A stretch of DNA of 45,000 nucleotides from Candidatus Pacearchaeota archaeon (GTDB lineage: Archaea > Nanobdellota > Nanobdellia > Pacearchaeales > GW2011-AR1), in the NCBI GenBank assembly GCA_016867035.1, contig VGKO01000003.1, forward strand, positions 1 to 45,000, written 5' to 3'. The stretch's first letter is position 1. Each line of letters starts with the position of its first letter. A program made the position numbers and the translations under genes. The notes under the pieces are model-generated. The model had not been told where the DNA came from. It saw only the letters and a list, made by a program, of their open reading frames with translations, and did no database searches. Below, piece after piece: positions 17,565-26,406 of the stretch.

Positions 17565-20500
17565 ATGAAACTCGACACAAAAGATAAATATTTGCTTGTA
17601 AGAAAATATCTTGAAGAACATAGCTTAGTTGAATCAAATATTACTTCTTTTAATAATTTTGTTGAGAAGAGAATGCAAGAAATCGTCGATGAGTTGGGAC
17701 AAAGCTTGCCAAAAGAAGAAGATATTGAAATTAATCTCGGTAAAATAAGGGTTGGGAAGCCATTAATACATGAAGCCGATGGAAGTCCAAACTACATTAC
17801 TCCTGCCGAAGCTAGACTTAGAAACTTAACTTATTCTGCTCCAATATACCTGGAAATAACAGTAAAGCAAGGTGGACAAATTGAAAGTCAAGAAGTAGAA
17901 GTAGGTTATGTTCCTGTAATAGTAAAAAGCAATACTTGTAATATTGCTGGAAAAACAAAAGAAGAACTTATTAAACTTTATATTGATCCTAATGACCCCG
18001 GCGGTTACTTTATTATTAACGGTAATGAAAGAGTTATGGTTATGTCTGAAGATTTGGCAGAAAATCAGCCTTTTATTGAAAGATCAAAAGGAAAAATAAT
18101 GCTTAGACTTTTCTCAAGAAGGGGAAGTTATAGAATTCCAGTATCTGTTACAGATACAACTGAAGGCATTATTGAATTGTCTTTCTCAAGATTCAAAAAT
18201 ATTCCGGCTATTGTTATTCTGAAAGCATTGGGATTAACAAAAGAAGCAGATATTGCTAAATATGTAAGCAAAGAAACCGATGAATTGATTATCAATCTGT
18301 ATGAATTTGCAAATCTATCCACCCCCGAAGATGCTATGATGTATATTGCTGAAAAAACCTCTTTACAGGGAACAAAAAAAGAAATTCTCGATAGAGTTAA
18401 GCAAAGAATTGATTCTTATTTGTTGCCTCATATCGGACTAGAAAAATCCGATAGAACTGAGAAAGCAGTTACTTTGTGTAAAATGATTAAACAATTTTTA
18501 ATTGCTAAAGACACACCAGATAACTTGACCGATAAAGACCATTATGCTAATAAGAGAGTAAGACTTTCTGGAGACTTATTAGCAGATTTATTTAGAGTTA
18601 ATTTAAATATTCTTATAAGAGACATACAACATTCCTTACAGAAAACACAAAAAAGAAAGAAATTTTATTCTTTAAAAACAATAGCCAAATCTACTCTATT
18701 TACACATAGAATCGAAAGTTCTATTGCTACAGGTAATTGGATTGGAGAGAGAACAGGAGTTACCCAGAACATGGATAAAACTAATTACCTTGCTATTCTT
18801 TCTCAATTACAAAGAATTTCCTCGAGTTTACCCGGAGAACAAGAAAATTTCCTTGCAAGAACATTACATCCAACACACTATGGAAGATTCTGCCCAGTAG
18901 AAACCCCTGAAGGTACAGAAATTGGTTTAAGAAAAAATCTTGCTATTTTATCTAAAATATCTACAATGGTTGAACTTGATGATAAAAAGTTTAATGAAGT
19001 TTTGACTACAGCCGGATTAGACAAAGAATTACAGGGTGTTGACGTTTTCTTTAATGGAAGATTTATTGGAGCAGTAAAAGATTCGCCGGCTTTTATAAAA
19101 CAAATAAAAGAGAAGAGAAGAGCACAGATATTGCCTTATCAGATGAGTATACGATATGACAAAAACACAGAATCTATTTTGATTTCCACAGAAATTGGAA
19201 GATCCTTAAGACCTGTTGTTATTGTAGAAAACGAACAATCAAAATTAACAGAGCAGATTATGTCTGAATTAAAAAATGATACTTTAAAATGGAATGATTT
19301 ACTTGCACTGGGAATTATAGAGTATATAGACGCTGCTGAAGAAGAAAATTGCTTGGTTGCTTTATATAAAAAAGATATAACTTCTGAAACAACCCATCAA
19401 GAGATTGATGTTATTGATTTGTTTGGTACAATCACTTCGTTAGTTCCTTATCCAAACTACGATCAGAGTGCAAGACTTATGAGAGGAAGTAAAACTCAAA
19501 AACAGTCTTTAGGATTATATGCTGCTAATTTCTTATGTAGGGTTGATACTGATGTAAGCATTTTACATTACCCACAAAAACCCTTAGTAAGAACTTTTGT
19601 TTACGATACTTTGAATGTTTATCCTTCTGGACAAAATGTAATTGTTGCTATTATGACTCATGAAGGTTATAATATGGAAGATGCAGTTATCTTGAACAAA
19701 GCTTCTGTTGACCGAGGTTTAGCCAGATCAACTTACTTTAGACCTTATACAAGTGTTGAACTTAAATATGCAGGAGGATTGAAAGATCAAGTTGAAATAC
19801 CTGAAAAAGGAACATCAGGATATAGAACCGAAGAAAGTTATAGATATTTAGAAGCGGACGGAGTAGTTTATCCTGAAGCTAAAATGACTTCTGGAGAAGT
19901 TGTTATTGGAAAAACTTCACCACCAAAATTCTTATCTGAATCTCGCGAGATATCAGTTAAAGCAAGAAAAGAAGCTTCAAGTGTGATTAGACAAGAAGAA
20001 TCAGGAGTTGTCGATGGAGTTTTTATTACAGAAAACAGAGATGGTAATAGAATTGTTCAAGTAAGAGTAAGAGATCAAAGAATACCTGAACTCGGAGATA
20101 AATTTGCAACATCACACGGACAGAAAGGAGTTGTAGGAGCTTTAGTTGAAGAAAATGATATGCCTTTTACATCCTCCGGAGTAAGACCTGATATTTTGTT
20201 TAATCCACACGGTATTCCTGGACGTATGACTGTAGGTTATTTAATGGAATTAATTACAGGTAAAATTGGAGCATTATCAGGAAGAGTAATGGATGGAACA
20301 GGATTCCAAGAAACCAGAGTAGAAGACTTGGAAAAACAACTTAAGGAATTAGGATTAAGATACGACGGAAAAGAAACAATGTATAATGGAATTACAGGAA
20401 AAATGATGGAAGTAAAAATTTATGTTGGAACAATGTATTATCAAAAACTTAAATACATGGTTAGCAATAAAATGCATGCGCGAGCATCTGGAAAAGTTAC

Positions 20501-20825
20501 TTTATTAACTCGACAACCTATTGAAGGAAGAGCTAGAGGAGGAGCATTAAGACTTGGAGAAATGGAGCAAGAAGCCTTAGTTGCCCATGGTGCTTCACTT
20601 TTGCTTAAAGAAAGATATGATTCGGATAAAGTTGTGGTACATATCTGCACAAAGTGCGGTTCTGTTGCTGTTGAAGATAATATTCATAAAAAAATCTACT
20701 GTCCTTTATGTGGAAGTCAAGAAGCAGAGCCTGTAGAAATGAGCTATGCTTTTAAATTATTAATTGATGAAATACAAGGCTTACATTTAACAACTAAATT
20801 TGACTTAAAGAATAAATACGAATAA
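17565..20825 (+). CDS. rpoB: DNA-directed RNA polymerase subunit B (Rpo2, unsplit)
   Basis: GGYFIING, CPVETPEG, GYNMEDA, GDKFATSHGQKG, GALRLGEME, C-terminal Zn ribbon. Confidence 0.98.
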   Translation: MKLDTKDKYLLVRKYLEEHSLVESNITSFNNFVEKRMQEIVDELGQSLPKEEDIEINLGKIRVGKPLIHEADGSPNYITPAEARLRNLTYSAPIYLEITVKQGGQIESQEVEVGYVPVIVKSNTCNIAGKTKEELIKLYIDPNDPGGYFIINGNERVMVMSEDLAENQPFIERSKGKIMLRLFSRRGSYRIPVSVTDTTEGIIELSFSRFKNIPAIVILKALGLTKEADIAKYVSKETDELIINLYEFANLSTPEDAMMYIAEKTSLQGTKKEILDRVKQRIDSYLLPHIGLEKSDRTEKAVTLCKMIKQFLIAKDTPDNLTDKDHYANKRVRLSGDLLADLFRVNLNILIRDIQHSLQKTQKRKKFYSLKTIAKSTLFTHRIESSIATGNWIGERTGVTQNMDKTNYLAILSQLQRISSSLPGEQENFLARTLHPTHYGRFCPVETPEGTEIGLRKNLAILSKISTMVELDDKKFNEVLTTAGLDKELQGVDVFFNGRFIGAVKDSPAFIKQIKEKRRAQILPYQMSIRYDKNTESILISTEIGRSLRPVVIVENEQSKLTEQIMSELKNDTLKWNDLLALGIIEYIDAAEEENCLVALYKKDITSETTHQEIDVIDLFGTITSLVPYPNYDQSARLMRGSKTQKQSLGLYAANFLCRVDTDVSILHYPQKPLVRTFVYDTLNVYPSGQNVIVAIMTHEGYNMEDAVILNKASVDRGLARSTYFRPYTSVELKYAGGLKDQVEIPEKGTSGYRTEESYRYLEADGVVYPEAKMTSGEVVIGKTSPPKFLSESREISVKARKEASSVIRQEESGVVDGVFITENRDGNRIVQVRVRDQRIPELGDKFATSHGQKGVVGALVEENDMPFTSSGVRPDILFNPHGIPGRMTVGYLMELITGKIGALSGRVMDGTGFQETRVEDLEKQLKELGLRYDGKETMYNGITGKMMEVKIYVGTMYYQKLKYMVSNKMHARASGKVTLLTRQPIEGRARGGALRLGEMEQEALVAHGASLLLKERYDSDKVVVHICTKCGSVAVEDNIHKKIYCPLCGSQEAEPVEMSYAFKLLIDEIQGLHLTTKFDLKNKYE

Positions 20826-20837
20826 AAAATAAAAACC

Positions 20838-20913
20838 CATAGCTGGTTTCCGCGAAAAACAATGTTTTTCGGGGCCTAGAAAACAGAAATGTTTTCTTGG
20901 TTATGAATCCGGC
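20838..20913 (+). other. Structured intergenic element (two hairpins inside an outer stem)
   Basis: CGAAAAAC-AAT-GTTTTTCG, AGAAAACA-GAAA-TGTTTTCT and outer GCTGG..CCGGC pairing. Confidence 0.6.
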
Positions 20914-20935
20914 AAACACTAAACAATAAAATAAA

Positions 20936-23900
20936 ATGACAAAACCTGTAAAAAAACACATTAATGGACTTTACTTCACATTGTTAAATCCAGAACAAAT
21001 CAAAAAAATAGCTGCAGCAAGAATTGTAACTCCGGAATTATATGATATTGATGGTTATCCTGTTGATGGTGGCTTGATGGACCTTCGTTTGGGAGCAATT
21101 GATCCAGGAGTTAGATGTAGAACTTGCGGAGGAAGATTAAAAGAATGTTTAGGACACCCAGGTATGGTGGAATTATCCAGACCAGTTATACATGTTAAAT
21201 ATATCCCAATAATTGAAATGTGTTTGAGATGTTTCTGTCAACATTGTGGAAAATTCTTATTACCAGAAGAAAAATCCAAAGAATACGTTAGTTTGAAAGA
21301 CAGAATCAAAAAAGCCAAAGATGCAAAAAAATGTCCTCACTGCGGAAATCCTCAAGAAAAAATGAAACTTGAGAAGCCGCTTACTTTCAAAAAAGGCAAG
21401 AAAAGAATATTCCCTGATGAAATAAGAGAGATGCTTGTAAATATACCGAGTGATGATTTAAAATACGTTGGAATACAATCCGATATATTTAGACCAGAAT
21501 GGGGAATTTTAACTGTTCTCTTGGTGCCTCCTGTAACTGTTAGACCTTCGATTACTTTAGAAACTGGCGAGAGAAGTGAAGATGATTTAACTCACAAACT
21601 AGGAGATATTATCAGAGCAGACCAAAGACTTCGTGAAAACTTGAATGCAGGAGCACCAGAAGTTATTATTGATGACTTATGGGACTTATTACAATATCAT
21701 GTTACAACCTTCTATGATAACTCGATGGCAGGAGTTCCACCAGCAAGACACAGAAGCGGACATCCATTGAAAACAATTACAGAAAGAATCAAAGGTAAAG
21801 AAGGAAGAATCAGACACAACCTTGCAGGTAAAAGAGTTAACTTTTCATCTCGTACTGTTATTAGTCCAGATCCTAATTTGAGAATCAATGAAATTGGTGT
21901 TCCAAAAGAAATTGCTACAACCTTGACAGTTAATGAATCAGTAACTAGTCTTAACATAGAATACTTAAAGAATTTAATTAAAAGCGAAGTATATCCTGGA
22001 GCTAATTATATTATAAGACCTGACGGAAAAAGAAAGAAAATTACTAAAGAACTTAGGGACGAAATTATTGCAGAACTCGCACCAGGTTATGTTGTTGAAA
22101 GACATCTTAGAGACGGAGATATTGTTTTATTCAACAGACATCCAAGCCTTCACAAAGCAAGCTTAATGGCACATTTCGTAAAAGTATTACCTTACAAGAC
22201 ATTTAGATTACATCCTGCTGTTGCCTTCCCTTACAATGCTGATTTTGATGGAGATGAAATGAACATCCATGTTCCGCAAACAGAAGAAGCAAGAGCAGAA
22301 GCACAAATCTTACTTGATGTAAATCAAAACTTAATGTCTCCAAAAAATAATACTAATTTAATTGGAAGTATTGCTGATGCTACAACTGGAAATTACTTAT
22401 TACATCTTGCAGAATTGAATAATGCTGATGCAAATCAGATTTTATACGAATCTGGAATGCTCGGGGAAATGTCAAAGAAGAAAGTCGGCGGTTCAGAAGT
22501 ATTCTCTGAAGCCTTGCCGGAAATTGATTTTAGTTATAAAAATAAAAGTTCAGAAGAAGTTCTTAGTATCAAGAAAGGAAAATTAATTTCTGGAGCATTA
22601 GACGATAAAATCTTCGGAGTAGAGTGCGGTGTATTAATTAGAGAATTAGATGCAAAAATAGGAAGACAAAAAACTCTTGATGCAATTAGAAAAGTTTTTG
22701 CATTAGGAACAAAGTATCTTTCAAGACACGGATTTACTATTTCTATCAATGACTTAAAAGTTAATAATAAAGTTCAAGACTTAACAGAAAGAACAATCAA
22801 AGAAGCAGAAGAAAAGACTAACAAAATTATTGCAGACTATTACAGCGGCGATTTAGAAATTATTCCTGGAAAAACAAAAGAAGAAACACGAGAAATCAAG
22901 ATTATCCAAGTTCTTAACGAAGTTCGTACCAAAATCGGACAAACAGTTAAGCAAGAATTCCCAAAAGATAATCCGGTTAATACCATGATTTTATCTGGTT
23001 CTGGCGGAAATGTACTTAATATTACTCAGATGGCATGTTGCGTAGGCCAACAGTCCTTATGGGGTAAGAGAATTTCAATTGGTTATAATAATAGAACTTT
23101 ATCTTTCTTCAAGGAAAATGATTTGTCTCCTAAAGCAAAAGGATTTATTCAAACACCTTACATGAGGGGATTAAAGCCTTATGAATTCTTTTTCGGAGCT
23201 GTAACAGGAAGAGATTCGTTAATGGATACTGCCCTTAGAACTCCAAAATCTGGATACTTATATAGAAGACTTGCAAATGCCTTGCAGGACTTAAAAGTAA
23301 GTTATGATACAACAGTAAGAGATGGAAGCGATAATATTATACAATTCAAGTATGGTGATGATGGCTTAGATATTGCAGGATTACATAAAGAAAAAGATAT
23401 TTCCCCCGGAGAAGCTATTGGAATTGTTACTGCTCAATCATTTGGAGAACCTTCTACTCAGATGGCACTTAATGTATTCCACTTTGCAGGAGTTTCTGAA
23501 ATGCAGATTACACAAGGACTTCCTAGATTAATTGAAATTTTCGATGCTAGAAAAACTCCTTCTACTCCAACTATGGAAATTTATTTAGATAAAGAACATA
23601 ATGATGAAAAACATGCAAGAGTTATTGCAGAAAAGATAAAAGAAACAACATTCGGAGAAGTTATTGAAAAAATAAAGATTAATTTTGGAGATAAAAAGAT
23701 TGAAGCGACAATAAATCCTACTTCTCTTAAATCCGTACACATGTCTATGGAAGATTTATCAGCCAAACTAAAGGAAGAAGGGCATTCTAATAAAGTAAGA
23801 GACAATGTTATGGTATTATCTGAACCAAAATTGGATTTCAAACAATTATACAAACTTAAAGAAAAAATAAAAACAATCCATATCTCAGGTGTAGAAGGAA

Positions 23901-24418
23901 TTAATCAGATACTTGTAGTTAAAAGAGAGAAAGATTTTGTTATCTTAACTTCAGGAACTAACTTAAAAGAAATATTAGAGTTTAAAGGAGTAAATCCTGA
24001 AAGAACTTCAACAAACGATATTGTTGAAATATCGCAAGTATTAGGAATTGAGGCAGCTAGAACTTCTATTATTAATGAAATAAAAAGAACAATTGAAGCC
24101 CAGGGACTTGATATTAACGAAAGACACCTTAAACTTGTTGCAGATGCAATGACTTTTGCGGGCAAAGTTTCAGGAGCAACTCGTATGGGTATTATCTCAC
24201 AAAAATCATCTGTACTTGCTAGAGCAAGTTTCGAAACACCAATTAAACACTTTGTTAATTCAACTCTTAAATTGACAAAAGACGAATTAAGTTCAGTTAT
24301 CGAGAATATTATTATCAATCAACCAATACCTGTAGGAACAGGACTTCCTGGATTGCTTGTCAAGGTTACAGGAAAATTAACTCCCGAAGAACCAAAAAAA
24401 GGCAAAGCCAAGGAATAA
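20936..24418 (+). CDS. rpoA1: DNA-directed RNA polymerase subunit A, fused A'+A'' (Rpo1)
   Basis: NADFDGD active site, N-terminal Zn motifs, bridge helix DTALRTPKSGY, then in-frame A'' motifs PGEAIG, GEPSTQM, GLPRLIE, ARASFE, VGTG. Confidence 0.97.
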   Translation: MTKPVKKHINGLYFTLLNPEQIKKIAAARIVTPELYDIDGYPVDGGLMDLRLGAIDPGVRCRTCGGRLKECLGHPGMVELSRPVIHVKYIPIIEMCLRCFCQHCGKFLLPEEKSKEYVSLKDRIKKAKDAKKCPHCGNPQEKMKLEKPLTFKKGKKRIFPDEIREMLVNIPSDDLKYVGIQSDIFRPEWGILTVLLVPPVTVRPSITLETGERSEDDLTHKLGDIIRADQRLRENLNAGAPEVIIDDLWDLLQYHVTTFYDNSMAGVPPARHRSGHPLKTITERIKGKEGRIRHNLAGKRVNFSSRTVISPDPNLRINEIGVPKEIATTLTVNESVTSLNIEYLKNLIKSEVYPGANYIIRPDGKRKKITKELRDEIIAELAPGYVVERHLRDGDIVLFNRHPSLHKASLMAHFVKVLPYKTFRLHPAVAFPYNADFDGDEMNIHVPQTEEARAEAQILLDVNQNLMSPKNNTNLIGSIADATTGNYLLHLAELNNADANQILYESGMLGEMSKKKVGGSEVFSEALPEIDFSYKNKSSEEVLSIKKGKLISGALDDKIFGVECGVLIRELDAKIGRQKTLDAIRKVFALGTKYLSRHGFTISINDLKVNNKVQDLTERTIKEAEEKTNKIIADYYSGDLEIIPGKTKEETREIKIIQVLNEVRTKIGQTVKQEFPKDNPVNTMILSGSGGNVLNITQMACCVGQQSLWGKRISIGYNNRTLSFFKENDLSPKAKGFIQTPYMRGLKPYEFFFGAVTGRDSLMDTALRTPKSGYLYRRLANALQDLKVSYDTTVRDGSDNIIQFKYGDDGLDIAGLHKEKDISPGEAIGIVTAQSFGEPSTQMALNVFHFAGVSEMQITQGLPRLIEIFDARKTPSTPTMEIYLDKEHNDEKHARVIAEKIKETTFGEVIEKIKINFGDKKIEATINPTSLKSVHMSMEDLSAKLKEEGHSNKVRDNVMVLSEPKLDFKQLYKLKEKIKTIHISGVEGINQILVVKREKDFVILTSGTNLKEILEFKGVNPERTSTNDIVEISQVLGIEAARTSIINEIKRTIEAQGLDINERHLKLVADAMTFAGKVSGATRMGIISQKSSVLARASFETPIKHFVNSTLKLTKDELSSVIENIIINQPIPVGTGLPGLLVKVTGKLTPEEPKKGKAKE

Positions 24419-24425
24419 TTCTAAG

Positions 24426-24857
24426 ATGACAAAAACTTTTGATATGCAATTTATTCGATATATGAACCTTTTCAATAGAGTTACCAGAATTGGTGCAAAA
24501 CATTGTTTTACTTATAATAATACTATTGTATTCGTTGTTCCTCGAGCAAAAGTTAATGAAGCAATAGGAAAAAATAATGAAAATCTCAAGAAATTGAGCT
24601 CAATTCTTTTGAAAAGAATAAGAATAATTGCTGAACCTAAAAGTGAAAAAGATGTAGAAAGTTTTATTTCAGTTTTAATTTCCCCAATACAATATAAAAC
24701 TCTTGAAGTTGTAAACAATAATGGAGCAGAAGAACTAATTATTACAGCAGGTATGGAAAGCAAAGCTATGTTAATAGGTAGAAATAAAACTAGATTAGAA
24801 GAATTGAAGAATATTGTTGAACAATATTTCGGCATAAAAAGCGTAAAGATTCTCTAA
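24426..24857 (+). CDS. nusA: Archaeal NusA (KH domains)
   Basis: AIGKNNEN and LIGRNK KH loops; position after rpoA. Confidence 0.88.
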   Translation: MTKTFDMQFIRYMNLFNRVTRIGAKHCFTYNNTIVFVVPRAKVNEAIGKNNENLKKLSSILLKRIRIIAEPKSEKDVESFISVLISPIQYKTLEVVNNNGAEELIITAGMESKAMLIGRNKTRLEELKNIVEQYFGIKSVKIL

Positions 24858-24938
24858 ATTCCTGAAAAAACTATTTCGGAAGTTTTAAAAACCATACCTA
24901 TATAAAATAAATATAAATCAAACAGAAAAAATAATAAA

Positions 24939-25361
24939 ATGGGATTATTAAGCGCAACAAAGTTACATAAAAATAGAAACAAATTTAGATGGAACGATAA
25001 GAGATACAAGAAGAAAAAACTCGGCTTATTTGCAAAATCTGATCCCCTGGAAGGAAAAAGTCAAGCAAAGGGGCTTGTTACTGCAAAAGTTCAAAAAGAA
25101 GCAAGACAGCCAAACTCAGCTATGAGAAAGTGTTGCAGAGTTCAGTTAATTAAGAACAACAAAATAGTTACTGCTTTTATTCCTGGAAATTTAGCGCAAA
25201 AATTTGTTGACGAACACGATGAAGTTATTATTGAAAGAATTGGTGGAAGAATGAATCGAAGTAAGGGTGATATTCCCGGAGTTAGATTCCAAGTTATTAA
25301 AGTAAATGACCAACCTCTCAGATTGCTTTGGAAAGGCAAGATAGAGAAGGGTAGAAGATAA
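24939..25361 (+). CDS. rps12: 30S ribosomal protein S12 (uS12)
   Basis: [28 protein letters not shown]. Confidence 0.97.
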   Translation: MGLLSATKLHKNRNKFRWNDKRYKKKKLGLFAKSDPLEGKSQAKGLVTAKVQKEARQPNSAMRKCCRVQLIKNNKIVTAFIPGNLAQKFVDEHDEVIIERIGGRMNRSKGDIPGVRFQVIKVNDQPLRLLWKGKIEKGRR

Positions 25362-25363
25362 AC

Positions 25364-25957
25364 ATGGCCTTCAAGATATTTGATTTGTATGATACTGAAA
25401 ACGTAGTAGTTAATGATCCTGCTCTAAAAAGAGTTATTAACTTAAAACCAAAACTTGTTCTTAAATCACATGGAAAGATTAGAGGTAATTTTGCTCAAAC
25501 AAAAATAAATATTGTTGAAAGACTTGCAAATCTTATTGGTGTTCCAGGACATAGGAATAAAAAACATATTATTATGACAAGCAATGCTTCTGGAAAATAT
25601 ACTAAGAATATGCAAGTTGTTTTAGAAGCTTTTAAGAAAATTGAAGAAAAAACAAAAGAAAATCCTGTTCAAGTTTTAGTTAAAGCAATAGAGAATGCTT
25701 CCCCAAGAGAAGAAGTTACCACAATTGAATATGGTGGGGCGAAATATCCTCAAGCGGTTGACACAAGCCCTTCAAGAAGAGTTGCATTAACCTTAAGATT
25801 AATTGTTCATGGGGCTTATGATAAGGCTTTCGGAAAAAAGACAAAGATTGAAGATTCTCTAGCAAATGAAATAATTCTTGCTTCTCAAGCAGATAACAAT
25901 AGTGCTGCTGTTTCCAAAAAGAATGAGATGGAAAAGTCTGCTAACTCTGCAAGATAA
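25364..25957 (+). CDS. rps7: 30S ribosomal protein S7 (uS7)
   Basis: NPVQVLVKAIENASPREE, YGG..YPQAVD.SP.RR, LANEII.A. Confidence 0.97.
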   Translation: MAFKIFDLYDTENVVVNDPALKRVINLKPKLVLKSHGKIRGNFAQTKINIVERLANLIGVPGHRNKKHIIMTSNASGKYTKNMQVVLEAFKKIEEKTKENPVQVLVKAIENASPREEVTTIEYGGAKYPQAVDTSPSRRVALTLRLIVHGAYDKAFGKKTKIEDSLANEIILASQADNNSAAVSKKNEMEKSANSAR

Positions 25958-25967
25958 TAATAACGCA

Positions 25968-26342
25968 ATGCATTCAAAACCAACAAGATACGACCTGCAA
26001 ACATCTATGGGTAGATTTGTTACAACAAAACCTCGCGATTCTTATCTAAAAGAAGTAGGTTTTTCAGGAGAATTTGATCGGGTTTTATTTGCTCCTAGAA
26101 TTGAGGATTCTTGGCTTAAATCTACTGCCTTAAGTTTAAATGATCCAGCAATAGCAGTTACTTTAGGACAGGATTATAAAAGACTATATCAGGTTCCAAA
26201 AACAGATAGAGCAAGACTTGCAAAATTTATTGCTGAAAAAATGTTTGGAACTTCAGATGCGGGAAAGATTGCCGACGAACTAGAAGCAGCAGCATTAGCT
26301 GAAGAAGTATATGTTGGTTCTAAACAATTAGTTTTAAGCTAA
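25968..26342 (+). CDS. Hypothetical protein inserted between rps7 and EF-2
   Basis: ATG at 25968, 10 nt after the rps7 stop; no motif recognised. Confidence 0.6.
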   Translation: MHSKPTRYDLQTSMGRFVTTKPRDSYLKEVGFSGEFDRVLFAPRIEDSWLKSTALSLNDPAIAVTLGQDYKRLYQVPKTDRARLAKFIAEKMFGTSDAGKIADELEAAALAEEVYVGSKQLVLS

Positions 26343-26406
26343 CCGGGAAAGGTTTAAAAAGCACTTTTCTATTAAGCATTTATAGTAAAAAATTAAAATA
26401 ACAAAC

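Noticed and set aside
25878-25967. Longer start for the ORF after rps7
   Set aside because: It overlaps rps7 by 80 nt; ATG 25968 is more plausible.
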